Part shown: one piece after another, positions 18,658 through 28,444 of the stretch | Layout of the letters: each line of letters starts with the position of its first letter | Position numbering within the stretch: the first letter of the stretch is position 1 | From: an uncultured Alphaproteobacteria bacterium | GTDB lineage: Bacteria; Pseudomonadota; Alphaproteobacteria; HIMB59; GCA-002718135 | DNA length: 64,000 bases | Direction of reading: 5' to 3' | Assembly: GCA_902524385.1 (NCBI GenBank) | Contig: CABZCZ010000007.1 | Location: forward strand, 6,091 to 70,090 | Position numbers and translations under genes: made by a program | Notes under the pieces: model-generated | The model's database searches: none | The model's input: only the letters and a program-made list of their open reading frames with translations | What the model was told of the DNA's origin: nothing

Positions 18658-19618
18658 ATAGTTTTACTAAAGGTCTTGCGCCGTAGTGCGAAATAATTTC
18701 TGCCGCAGCAATCGAAGCATAGTTTCCGCATTCCTCCATGCTCTTATCTTTTGAATAACCAAATAGAAAGCCAGCTGCAAATAAATCTCCTGCACCAGTT
18801 GTATCAATAACCTTTTCTACTTTTTTTGCAGAGACCTCAGTTACTTCACTTCCAGATACAATTACTGATCCACTACTTCCTTTGGTAATAGCTGCAACAA
18901 TATTTAATGATTTTGCATATTCTAAACCTTCATCAAAACTATCCGTTTCTGCCATAGCTTTGATTTCATCTTCATTGGCAAATAAAATATCAACATTCTC
19001 TGTTATTAATTCTTTAAAAGAGTCACGGTGTCTATCAACACAAAAAAGATCTGAAAGAGTAAAGGCAATTTTTTGATTATCAGCTTTGCAAATATCCACC
19101 ATTTTTTTCATAGCTTTTTTTGCATTTTCATTATCCCACAAATATCCTTCTAAATAAGCAATCTTATGATTTTTAATATCATCCTCTTTAATATCTTCAG
19201 GGCCAATCAATGTTCCTGCGCCCAAAAAGGTACACATTGTTCTTGTTCCATCTTCTTCTACAAATATTGTGCAACAACCTGTTGAAATATCAGGTGATGT
19301 AAAACCTAAAGGAAATTTTAATCCTTCACGAACCATATCTTTTTGAAGATAAATACCTATTTCATCATTTTTTATTTTCCCAATAAAACTTCCATTGCCA
19401 CCAAATGATGTAATACCAAACATAGAATTACCAAGTGACCCACCACCTGCCATTTCTCTGATTGAATAACTATCATGCAAATTATTTTTTAAACCTTCAT
19501 CAATAAGATTCATTGAATCTCTATTTATTTCATGTTTTTCAATTTCGCTTTGATTGGATGGAATAATCGCATCAACCATTGCGTTTCCAATTCCTACTAC
19601 GTCTAATATTTCACTCAT
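18644..19618 (-). CDS. PfkB-family kinase, probable adenosine kinase
   Basis: Has VVGIGNAMVD at the N-terminus and TGAGDLFAAGFLFG in the anion hole. It is convergent with add and overlaps it by 14 nt. Confidence 0.65.
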   Translation of the reverse strand: MSEILDVVGIGNAMVDAIIPSNQSEIEKHEINRDSMNLIDEGLKNNLHDSYSIREMAGGGSLGNSMFGITSFGGNGSFIGKIKNDEIGIYLQKDMVREGLKFPLGFTSPDISTGCCTIFVEEDGTRTMCTFLGAGTLIGPEDIKEDDIKNHKIAYLEGYLWDNENAKKAMKKMVDICKADNQKIAFTLSDLFCVDRHRDSFKELITENVDILFANEDEIKAMAETDSFDEGLEYAKSLNIVAAITKGSSGSVIVSGSEVTEVSAKKVEKVIDTTGAGDLFAAGFLFGYSKDKSMEECGNYASIAAAEIISHYGARPLVKLSSLI

Positions 19619-20499
19619 TTTTGTTTAATTATTATTGGTACAAGTTGTACTATAATGACTCCAATAAATATTGCAAGGCATCCCAGTATTTTTTGTGTGT
19701 CTAAGATTTGATTTAAAAGTATCCATCCTGCAATTGCTGCAAATACAGATTCCATCGATAATATAATTGCAGCTGGTGCAGGATTAGCTTTTTGTTGAGC
19801 AATTATTTGTAATGTATAACCAATTCCCGCAGAGAAAATTCCTGTATATAAAATTTCAAACCATTCAATTTGCATATTCGATAGTTTGGGTTCTTCCCAC
19901 CAAAAAGCTATAATCATAGATAATATAAAAACTATAAAGTATTGAATACTACCAAACAAAAAAGGACTGTTTAGTTCCTTCATAAAAATATCAATACAAA
20001 TAATATGCAAAGCAAAAAACAAGGCGGCTATAAATAAGAGACTATCAGATTGTTGTATGTCAACTGATTGATTTGAAGATAACAAATAAGACCCATACAA
20101 ACAGAGTAATATCGCAATCCATATAATCCAATGAACTTGTTTTTTAATTATAAATCTTGAAATGATTCCAACAAATGGAACATAAAGTGTACTTAGAAAA
20201 GCAGCATTTGATATTAATGATTTTTGAAGTGCATATTGTTGTAGGCCCATACCACCAAATAAAAAGATTCCCGTTGCAATACAAAGATAAATTTTTTTTC
20301 TATCCCGCCAAATTTTTGAAACATTTTTTTGTTCCAGGTAAATAGCAAAGGGGATCACAGTTAAAAAAGCAAAGAAAAATCTTCCAAAGCTAAAGGTAAA
20401 GGGTCCAATGGTACCCATCCCAGTCGTCTGACTAACAAATGCTGTTCCCCATATAAGTGATGCAATAAGCATCATTATATTTGCTCTTGTATGACTCAT
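19615..20499 (-). CDS. DMT/EamA family transporter
   Basis: It is 294 aa with about 10 TM segments and a duplicated EamA-like architecture. Confidence 0.8.
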   Translation of the reverse strand: MSHTRANIMMLIASLIWGTAFVSQTTGMGTIGPFTFSFGRFFFAFLTVIPFAIYLEQKNVSKIWRDRKKIYLCIATGIFLFGGMGLQQYALQKSLISNAAFLSTLYVPFVGIISRFIIKKQVHWIIWIAILLCLYGSYLLSSNQSVDIQQSDSLLFIAALFFALHIICIDIFMKELNSPFLFGSIQYFIVFILSMIIAFWWEEPKLSNMQIEWFEILYTGIFSAGIGYTLQIIAQQKANPAPAAIILSMESVFAAIAGWILLNQILDTQKILGCLAIFIGVIIVQLVPIIIKQK

Positions 20500-20516
20500 A
20501 GAAAATGTATGTAAAT

Positions 20517-22307
20517 TTATTGTTTATCTTTATTAATCCACCAAGATTCAATTACTATCCCGTAAAGTGGAATTTCATCGGGATACTCAAAAAAATCCCA
20601 ATAAGCAATCCTATCTTTGTTACTATGATAGAGTGGGACAACATAGTGACCCCATAATAAGACTCTATCAAGAGCGTGAATTGCAGTAGTTAGTTCTTGT
20701 CTATTTGAGGCATTTATTAGCTTTTCAATTAATGCATCAACTACAGGACTATCAATTCCGGGATAATTTCTACTTCCATCTTTTTTCCCTACCTCGGAGC
20801 CCCAATAAAATTGTTGTTCGTTTCCAGGACTTAGACTCACTCCCCAATATCTCTTAATCATATCAAAATCATAACTTAAAAGACGTTCTTGATACTGTGA
20901 AGTATCAACTGTTCTAACATCCATAGTAATGCCAAGTTTTTTTAAGTTACTTTGATATGCTAAAGCGATTTTTTCATCTGAAGGACTGACAATTAAAAAT
21001 TCAAATTTAAATTCTTGCCCATCTTTGAACAGCTTTCCATTTTCAACATTCCACCCCTCTTTTTCGAGTATCTCTTTTGCTTTCAATAAATTTTTACGAT
21101 CATTTCCACTTCCATCCGTAAGAGGTGGGGTAAATGTTTCCGTAAATACTTCTGCTGGAATTTCATCTTTCCATACATTCAATAATTCTAGCTCATTTTT
21201 TGACGGTAAACCTGAAGAAGCTAATGGTGAGTTATCAAAATAACTATCTGTTCTGACATATGCATTTTGATATATTGTTTTATTAATCCATTCATGATCA
21301 TAGGCATAACTTAATGCAAGTCTTACATTTCTATTATTAAATATGTCACGTCTTGTATTCATTACAAGACCATTCATTCCAACAGGTCTATCGTTATTCA
21401 TTTCTGTAAGTATTACTTTGCCATTCTGGACAGCTTTGAAATCATATTCTGACAACCAACGTTTAACGTTGTATTCTCTTCTAAAGTCGTATTCACCAAC
21501 CTTAAAAGCTTCAACTAAGACATTCGAGTCTTTGTAATAATCATAAATAATTGTATCAAAATTATAGAGACCTTTATTGACAGGTAAATCTTTTGCCCAG
21601 TAATCTTCAACGCGTTTGTATTTTATTTGACGTCCTGCATCGAGACTATCAACTTGGTATGGACCACTGCCTAGAGGAATATCTAAAAATGTTTTTGTAA
21701 CATCAAGATTTTCATAAAACTTTTTTGGAATGATAGGAAGAAAGCCAGCAATAATAAGAGGCAATTCTTTATCTTCATTATTTTCAAAAATCATTTTTAT
21801 TCCATCATTTCCGATCAATTGAGTTTCAACAACTTTGCCATAAGTTTTTTTCTGATTTGGAGTACCTTTTGTTTGAAACGTTTCTAGACTAAATAATACA
21901 TCATCGCGTGTTATTGGTGAGCCATCATGAAAGGTTGCATTTGAATTTAAATAAAAAGTTATAGACGATCTATCTTCAGGCAACTCTACTTTTTCAGCTA
22001 TTAAACCATAGAGAGAGAAAGCTTCATCCCAAACTCTTCTCATTAATGTATCATTGACATACCCAAGTCCAGCAGCTTTAGAACCTTTAAAAGCTACTCT
22101 ATTTAGATTATCAAAAGAACCATATGATCCAAATTTTACAGTACCACCTTTAGGTGCATTTGGGTTTACATAATCTAAATGGGTAAAATTACTGCTATAT
22201 TTTGGTGTGCCATGCATTGCAATTCCATGAACTTTTTCTGCTGAAGCAAACTTTAAAGGTAATAAAAATAAGAAAGCACTAAGTAGTAAGATCGAAAGAT
22301 TTTTCAT
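20517..22307 (-). CDS. ABC transporter substrate-binding protein, family 5 (peptide/opine/YejA-like), orphan
   Basis: It is 596 aa with a signal peptide and family-5 SBP size and blocks. There is no adjacent permease or ATPase. Confidence 0.75.
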   Translation of the reverse strand: MKNLSILLLSAFLFLLPLKFASAEKVHGIAMHGTPKYSSNFTHLDYVNPNAPKGGTVKFGSYGSFDNLNRVAFKGSKAAGLGYVNDTLMRRVWDEAFSLYGLIAEKVELPEDRSSITFYLNSNATFHDGSPITRDDVLFSLETFQTKGTPNQKKTYGKVVETQLIGNDGIKMIFENNEDKELPLIIAGFLPIIPKKFYENLDVTKTFLDIPLGSGPYQVDSLDAGRQIKYKRVEDYWAKDLPVNKGLYNFDTIIYDYYKDSNVLVEAFKVGEYDFRREYNVKRWLSEYDFKAVQNGKVILTEMNNDRPVGMNGLVMNTRRDIFNNRNVRLALSYAYDHEWINKTIYQNAYVRTDSYFDNSPLASSGLPSKNELELLNVWKDEIPAEVFTETFTPPLTDGSGNDRKNLLKAKEILEKEGWNVENGKLFKDGQEFKFEFLIVSPSDEKIALAYQSNLKKLGITMDVRTVDTSQYQERLLSYDFDMIKRYWGVSLSPGNEQQFYWGSEVGKKDGSRNYPGIDSPVVDALIEKLINASNRQELTTAIHALDRVLLWGHYVVPLYHSNKDRIAYWDFFEYPDEIPLYGIVIESWWINKDKQ

Positions 22308-22393
22308 AGATTTACACTAACAATTTAAATGGATTTGATAAAGATGTTCTTAACATTACTACAATTTTAGATTTATTAATATATATCTAAATT

Positions 22394-23311
22394 ATGAAGA
22401 TTTTAAGCTCTGAGATTACACCATATAAAACGTATTTAAATAGACGAAAGTTTATTAAGGGCTCATTGGCAAGCGCCTTGTTGGCAACAGTATCACCATC
22501 AGCTTTTGCTAATCATGATAATAATTCTTTAGTTTATAATAAATATTTAAATGAGAATGATAAACTTAACTCTTACGAAGAAATCACAACGTATAATAAT
22601 TTTTATGAGTTTGGGACTCATAAAAAACATCCGCATTTAAACTCTGGAAATTTTAAACCTAGACCATGGACAATAAAAATAGATGGTCTTGTGAAAAAAC
22701 CTCAAACATTTGACTTAGAAAAAATTTTATCAAATGTAACAATAGAAGATAGAGTTTATCGATTAAGATGTGTTGAAGCATGGTCTATGGTTATTCCTTG
22801 GCAAGGCTTTCAATTATCTGAACTTATAAAAATGGCCGAACCTTTAAGCTCAGCAAAGTATGTTCAGTTTGTAACTGTGTTCAGACCAGAAGAAATGCCA
22901 GGACAACAAAAGAGAACAATTATTTGGCCATATAGAGAAGGGCTTCGAATGGATGAAGCAATGAATCCTTTAACAATATTAGCAACTGGATTGTATGGTC
23001 ATGAAATGCCTAATCAAAATGGTGCACCCATAAGATTAGTTGTTCCATGGAAGTATGGTTTCAAATCAATTAAATCAATTGTGGAAATTAGATTTTTAGA
23101 TACTCAACCTGAAACTTCTTGGGAAACTTTAGCTCCTTGGGAATATGGTTTTTATGCTAATGTTAACCCTAATGTTAATCATCCAAGATGGAGTCAAGGA
23201 ACAGAGAGACGAATTGGAGAGTTTAAAAGAAGAGAAACACTTATGTTTAATGGCTATGAAGAAGAAGTAGCACATCTCTATAAAGATTTAGATTTGACTA
23301 AATTTTATTAA
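22394..23311 (+). CDS. msrP: Protein-methionine-sulfoxide reductase, molybdopterin catalytic subunit
   Basis: Has the Tat signal RRKFIKGS, plus [20 protein letters not shown] and [16 protein letters not shown]. Confidence 0.9.
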   Translation: MKILSSEITPYKTYLNRRKFIKGSLASALLATVSPSAFANHDNNSLVYNKYLNENDKLNSYEEITTYNNFYEFGTHKKHPHLNSGNFKPRPWTIKIDGLVKKPQTFDLEKILSNVTIEDRVYRLRCVEAWSMVIPWQGFQLSELIKMAEPLSSAKYVQFVTVFRPEEMPGQQKRTIIWPYREGLRMDEAMNPLTILATGLYGHEMPNQNGAPIRLVVPWKYGFKSIKSIVEIRFLDTQPETSWETLAPWEYGFYANVNPNVNHPRWSQGTERRIGEFKRRETLMFNGYEEEVAHLYKDLDLTKFY

Positions 23312-23314
23312 TGA

Positions 23315-23920
23315 ATGTTTTCAACAAGAAATTTTAATCGCAGTAAACCTGTCTTATTTATTTTAATTCTTTTTCCAAGTCTTCTCTGGGCGTATCAATT
23401 TGTTACTGGAAATCTTGGAGTAAATCCAATTGAAAAACTAATGGATGAGTTAGGTCTAATGGCACTCAGATTAATAATAATAACTCTTATGATTACTACT
23501 CTATCAAATATTAAAGCTTTAAAATCGATAGTTGTATTTCGAAGAATGATTGGACTTTTTGCTTTTTATTATGTCTGTTTACATTTCTCCACTTACATAG
23601 TTTTAGATCATTTTTTAGATATGCAATTTATCATACAAGATATTATAAAAAGACCATTTATAACTTTTGGTTTTATAAGTTTTCTTTTTTTAATCCCGCT
23701 AGCTATCACTTCAACAAACAATATTATTAAACGATTAGGTTTTAAATTATGGAAGAAAATTCATTATTTAATTTACCCTGTAGCAATTCTGGCTAGTATG
23801 CATTTTTATGTTCTAGTTCGCGCTGACAAAACTGAACCAGTCATTTATATGGGAATAATTATCCTCTTGTTACTTCACAGAATATTTAAAAGACTTACTC
23901 GTCCTCAGTTGGCTCAGTAA
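23315..23920 (+). CDS. msrQ: MsrQ haem-binding membrane subunit
   Basis: It is a 201-aa ferric-reductase-like TM protein immediately after msrP. Confidence 0.85.
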   Translation: MFSTRNFNRSKPVLFILILFPSLLWAYQFVTGNLGVNPIEKLMDELGLMALRLIIITLMITTLSNIKALKSIVVFRRMIGLFAFYYVCLHFSTYIVLDHFLDMQFIIQDIIKRPFITFGFISFLFLIPLAITSTNNIIKRLGFKLWKKIHYLIYPVAILASMHFYVLVRADKTEPVIYMGIIILLLLHRIFKRLTRPQLAQ

Positions 23921-25133
23921 CGGGGTTCATTTCCATACCGGCAGGACTAATATTTCGTGGTAAAGGATTGTATTGTGATTCTAGATCTCGCGGTTTAGTT
24001 CTTTGTGTCATTCTATACAAACCAAAAAGTCCTAGTAATCCATGTATTAAAAATAAATAGATATAAAAACCTACTGTTCCCAAAATTTCCATGAAAGTAG
24101 AAACAAATAAAGGTCCGATAATTGATCCAATACCAATAAGTATCCCAAAGGTTGCACTTGCCGATACTATCTCATTAGGTTGTAAGAAGTCATTTGTATG
24201 AGCAACCGTAAGTGAATACATTGGTAAACATGCAACTGAAAAAAGACCAGTAAAAATTAAGAATAATGTTAGCGGCATAAAGTTTGCAAAAACAAAAAAT
24301 AAACTCAAACCAGCAGCCATAAAAGAAACACCAATAAGAATAACACGTCTATCAATTCTATCTGACAAATATCCAATAGGCCACTGCGATAGAGCGCCAG
24401 CTGATGTTATAATCATCATATACAGAGAAATTTCAAATAAGCTTAAATTAATAGATGAAGCATAAATTGCACCGTATCCAAAAACTGCACTATGCGATAA
24501 ACCAGTTGCTAACGCGCCAACAAAACCTAAAGGTGAAACAGTATAAAATTCTCTTAAAGAAAAAAATTTAGGACTTTCTGTATTAGGCTGTTCTGTTGAA
24601 GACAAAAGAATAGGAAGAAGTGCGAATGATAATAAGATTGATACTAAAATAAATAAATCAACTTTAGCTGGATCACCTAAATTTAATAAAAATTGACCTG
24701 CTCCAACAAACACAAATGTAATAATCATATAAACGGAAAGTAACTGACCGCGAGTTTGATTAGTTGATTTTTCATTTAACCAACTCTCCATGATTACATA
24801 AATTCCAGCAAGACTTAAACCAGTTAATATTCGTATAAACATCCATGAATATGGATGAACAAATACTGAGTGTAATAATATAGCAATAGAAGCAAGCGAT
24901 GCTAAAGCGGCAAAAACTCTTATATGACCAACACGTTGTAAAAAAATTGGAATTGTTAATGCACCAGTTAAGTATCCAACGTAATATCCAGCTATAATAA
25001 GCCCCGATGCAAAAAAACTAAAACCTTCTAAAACAGAACGAACACCAATTAGTGTTCCTTGTAAACCATGACCAAGACTAATTAATGCAAAGCCAAAAAA
25101 AAGAGCCCAAGTATTTTGAAGTACCTTAAACAT
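23895..25133 (-). CDS. MFS transporter
   Basis: It is 412 aa with 12 TM segments. Its 3' end overlaps the msrQ 3' end by 26 nt. Confidence 0.8.
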   Translation of the reverse strand: MFKVLQNTWALFFGFALISLGHGLQGTLIGVRSVLEGFSFFASGLIIAGYYVGYLTGALTIPIFLQRVGHIRVFAALASLASIAILLHSVFVHPYSWMFIRILTGLSLAGIYVIMESWLNEKSTNQTRGQLLSVYMIITFVFVGAGQFLLNLGDPAKVDLFILVSILLSFALLPILLSSTEQPNTESPKFFSLREFYTVSPLGFVGALATGLSHSAVFGYGAIYASSINLSLFEISLYMMIITSAGALSQWPIGYLSDRIDRRVILIGVSFMAAGLSLFFVFANFMPLTLFLIFTGLFSVACLPMYSLTVAHTNDFLQPNEIVSASATFGILIGIGSIIGPLFVSTFMEILGTVGFYIYLFLIHGLLGLFGLYRMTQRTKPRDLESQYNPLPRNISPAGMEMNPVTEPTEDE

Positions 25134-25155
25134 CTTCTAAATTTTTATTGAAATT

Positions 25156-25509
25156 TTAGTATTCTTCTTCGCCGTCGTCTTTAGGCTTAATACCTTCGGC
25201 TATTGGATCAATTTCTGTTTCGTCTTCTAATAAAACAGTATCATCCTCAAGATTGTCTTCATTGTCATCTACGTCCAAATTATCGATATCAAGATCATCA
25301 TCTTTTTCTTTTGGTTTTGGAGGAATAGGGTTTGTTAAAGGAGCTGCGTTTGTACTTCCTGGTTTTCTTCCACGTCTTGGTCTGGTTAATGTCGTAACTT
25401 CAATTAATTTACCACATTCTGGACATTCAAGTTCAGTTCTTCCCAAATCATAGTATTGCTTACTACACATTGGACAGATTCTTTTACTACCCCAGGATTC
25501 TTTATACAT
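25156..25509 (-). CDS. TIGR02300 (FYDLN_acid) zinc-ribbon protein with an acidic tail
   Basis: Has CPMCSKQYYDLGR...CPECG followed by a D/E-rich C-terminus. Confidence 0.75.
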   Translation of the reverse strand: MYKESWGSKRICPMCSKQYYDLGRTELECPECGKLIEVTTLTRPRRGRKPGSTNAAPLTNPIPPKPKEKDDDLDIDNLDVDDNEDNLEDDTVLLEDETEIDPIAEGIKPKDDGEEEY

Positions 25510-25510
25510 T

Positions 25511-25672
25511 TTAATTTTCTTTTCTTATAAATATTTTACCACAATAACCACAGACAATTTTGTTCTCATTATTGAAGGTATAATAAACTGCGGGATGTCC
25601 TAAACCATCTTCACCGCCATCGCAAGAGATAGTTTCAGTTTTAGAATCAACTTCAACAATATCATCTGCCAT
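25511..25672 (-). CDS. Small zinc-finger protein (zf-CHCC/COG4391, NDUFS6-like), 53 aa, absent from the ORF track
   Basis: Own translation gives MADDIVEVDSKTETISCDGGEDGLGHPAVYYTFNNENKIVCGYCGKIFIRKEN*. The stop lies 1 nt upstream of the next gene's ATG. Confidence 0.7.
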   Translation of the reverse strand: MADDIVEVDSKTETISCDGGEDGLGHPAVYYTFNNENKIVCGYCGKIFIRKEN

Positions 25673-25716
25673 AAAACTCATATAAAATTTTAACCCAAAA
25701 TGTCTATGTTTTTTAA

Positions 25717-26565
25717 TTAAAGAATTTGAAAATAAACAACCGAAATACCACTCACTATTAAAATAGAAGGTATTATTCGAGATTTTGCATTCTTCTCAAA
25801 TAAGAAAAGCATTCCAATAATTGCAGCAAACACAATGCTTATTTCTCTAATACTAGAGACATAAGCTATTTCTATAAATTGCATACTCCAAACAACAATT
25901 GCGTAACTGCTTGTTGCAAATACACCAGCAGCAATCCCCGATCTAAATGTGTATGTTTCTCTTTTTCGTAAACCATCTTTCGAGATCAAACCAATAATTA
26001 GCAAAGGTATTCCATTAAGTGTGAAAAGCCAGTAAATATAGGAAAAACCATTTTCAGAAAGTCTCACCCCGACTCCGTCAACTAAAGTGTAAGCAGTAAT
26101 TAGAATAGCCGTTGATATTGCGAGAGCAAAACCTCTGAAGTTAAAAGATAAATTTTTAGAATAAGAAATTAAAAATAACCCAATACAAACAATTAAAATT
26201 CCAACGAAACCAGCAACACTAATATCAGAACTTAAAAATAAAATACTAATGATCGCTACAAACAAACATGAATTTCCTCTAGAAATTGGATATATGTAAG
26301 AGAGATCACCGTACCTATATGAGTAGATAACATTTAGTCTGTAGAAGACATGAATGATTACAGTTGCAATCAAAAAATACCAAACCTCTAAAGTTGGAAA
26401 TGGAACAGTAAATGTTAAAGGTAAAAAAATAGTAACTTCTAAGACAGATGTTATACCCATTAACGATAAAGGGTTCTTGCTTGATTTTATTATAGCACTC
26501 CAAACTGCATGACATAGAGCAGAAACAAGAATTAAGATAAAAATAAAATTTACTGACAATGTCAT
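25717..26565 (-). CDS. DMT/EamA-like transporter
   Basis: It is 282 aa with about 9-10 TM segments. Confidence 0.7.
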   Translation of the reverse strand: MTLSVNFIFILILVSALCHAVWSAIIKSSKNPLSLMGITSVLEVTIFLPLTFTVPFPTLEVWYFLIATVIIHVFYRLNVIYSYRYGDLSYIYPISRGNSCLFVAIISILFLSSDISVAGFVGILIVCIGLFLISYSKNLSFNFRGFALAISTAILITAYTLVDGVGVRLSENGFSYIYWLFTLNGIPLLIIGLISKDGLRKRETYTFRSGIAAGVFATSSYAIVVWSMQFIEIAYVSSIREISIVFAAIIGMLFLFEKNAKSRIIPSILIVSGISVVYFQIL

Positions 26566-26579
26566 CAGTAGATAAGAAT

Positions 26580-27473
26580 TTACTTCATGCCTGTCAAAGT
26601 AATTCCTTCAATAAATCGTTTTTGCGCGATTATAAAAGCAACAATAAGAGGAACTGTTACTGTAACTATCGAAGCCATCATAGGACCAAATTCGTCACTA
26701 TCAATTCCACCTCTGAATTCTCTTATACCAAGTGGTGGAGTAAAGAGATCTCTATTTCCTGTTATTACCATACGAGGCCAGAAATAATCATTCCAGTGTG
26801 CAACAACTGAGAATATTGCAAAAGCAAGTAAAGCTGGTATTGCAGTTGGAAGCATTACTTTCCATACAATTGCGTACTCTCCCATGCCATCCATCCTGGC
26901 GGCATCAATTAATTCATCGGGCACAGTCATAAAAAATTGCCGCATTAAAAAAATTCCAAACACTGATATTGTCCAGGGGAGTATTAAGGCGGAATAGGTA
27001 TCAACTAGTCCTGCCTGGGCCAACATAACATATAATGGAAGCGCAATTCCGTGAACTGGTATCAGCAAGCAAAATAAAACCATCGAGAAAACAAATTCTC
27101 GCCCATAAAACCGCAACTTGGCGAGTGCATACGCGCACGGCAAGGCGACTAAAACCTGAATAATAAAGATTGATAAAGTAACTATAACACCATTCATTAA
27201 GTATCTAGGAATAGGAGCTTTTTCAAAAGCAAACCAATAGTTGTATTGATATGGCTTCATTGTACATGTCTCCTCTGAATAGCCAGTTTTAACACATACG
27301 GGAAACGTTTGAGTTTCTTGCGCACCAATAAGACCACCAGAAATTGATTGGATTTCTTGCTGAGATTTTAATGACATTGAAACCATCATATAAAAAGGGA
27401 GCATCACTACGATAGCACCAATAATTAAGATTGCATGCTTCCAACCTTCCCCAATATATTGTTTAGCTTCCAT
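26580..27473 (-). CDS. ABC transporter permease, carbohydrate/glycerol-3-phosphate (UgpE-like) type
   Basis: Has 6 TM segments and an EAA loop (DELIDAARMDGMGEYAIVWKVMLP). Confidence 0.8.
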   Translation of the reverse strand: MEAKQYIGEGWKHAILIIGAIVVMLPFYMMVSMSLKSQQEIQSISGGLIGAQETQTFPVCVKTGYSEETCTMKPYQYNYWFAFEKAPIPRYLMNGVIVTLSIFIIQVLVALPCAYALAKLRFYGREFVFSMVLFCLLIPVHGIALPLYVMLAQAGLVDTYSALILPWTISVFGIFLMRQFFMTVPDELIDAARMDGMGEYAIVWKVMLPTAIPALLAFAIFSVVAHWNDYFWPRMVITGNRDLFTPPLGIREFRGGIDSDEFGPMMASIVTVTVPLIVAFIIAQKRFIEGITLTGMK

Positions 27474-28429
27474 TAATAATGAACCCTTCTCTCAATGATA
27501 TATCTTTGGAAGAAAGTTAATATCAATATAAAACCAATGAAGACAACAGTGATAGCTGCACCGATACTGGTTAAATTTTGTTGAATAGCTTTTTCAAAAA
27601 TTGCATACATCATAACGTAGGTTGTTTTAGATGGACCACCTTTTGTGAGTATTTCAATTGTATCAAAAACTTGAAAGGTTCTAATAGTCGTTATGGTTAC
27701 GACAAATAAAGTTGTTGGACCAAGCATTGGCCATGTCACAAGTTTAAATTGTTCCCAGGTTGATTTAGCTCCATCCATTTCTGCAGCTTGATATAGTTCT
27801 CTCGGTATACCTGTTAATCCAGCTAAATATAAAACCATATTGAAACCAAAGGCTTGCCATATTCCAATAAAACACACAGTCCAAATAGCAGTATTTTTTT
27901 GTTTTAACCAATAAGGAAAGTCCATGTTATTTGCACACGCCACTGCATACCAACTTTGTTCTGAGTCTACCCACGGCAACCAATGAAAACCAAAAATAAA
28001 TTCTCTTGCGCCACCACAACCATTAGCTAAAAAACTATTTACTATTCCAAGAGTTGGGTGAAGAGTGAATTCCCAAGCAATAGCCATTGCAAGAAGCGTC
28101 GCCATAACTGGAAGAAAGAAAATAGTTTTATATATATCAGCGCCAAACCTTAGTGAATTTAAGAGCATAGCAGCGCATAATCCAAGTACAACAGAAATTG
28201 GAACGACAACAATAACATACGTCGCTGTGGCCCAAATCATTTTGACATATGTTTTGCGATTGAACATCTTGTCATAATTTTCTAGTCCAACCCACTCGAA
28301 TGTTTTGTTTCCTAAATTATAGTCAGTAAAAGAAATTCCTCCTGCAAGAAAAAGAGGAAAGATTAAAATAATTATCATCAGTATGATTGCTGGTGCAATA
28401 AACCACAGATGAGCCTTTGAATTATGCAT
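27473..28429 (-). CDS. ABC transporter permease (UgpA-like)
   Basis: Has the EAA loop ELYQAAEMDGAKSTWEQFKLVTWP. It is coupled to the neighbouring permease by a 1-nt overlap. Confidence 0.8.
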   Translation of the reverse strand: MHNSKAHLWFIAPAIILMIIILIFPLFLAGGISFTDYNLGNKTFEWVGLENYDKMFNRKTYVKMIWATATYVIVVVPISVVLGLCAAMLLNSLRFGADIYKTIFFLPVMATLLAMAIAWEFTLHPTLGIVNSFLANGCGGAREFIFGFHWLPWVDSEQSWYAVACANNMDFPYWLKQKNTAIWTVCFIGIWQAFGFNMVLYLAGLTGIPRELYQAAEMDGAKSTWEQFKLVTWPMLGPTTLFVVTITTIRTFQVFDTIEILTKGGPSKTTYVMMYAIFEKAIQQNLTSIGAAITVVFIGFILILTFFQRYIIERRVHY

Positions 28430-28444
28430 TAGTAAATGTTATCC

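Noticed and set aside
26559-26810. Two plus-strand ORFs (83 and 66 aa) across the DMT/permease junction
   Set aside because: They are antisense to the UgpE-like permease and have no motifs. A 14-nt spacer already separates the real genes.
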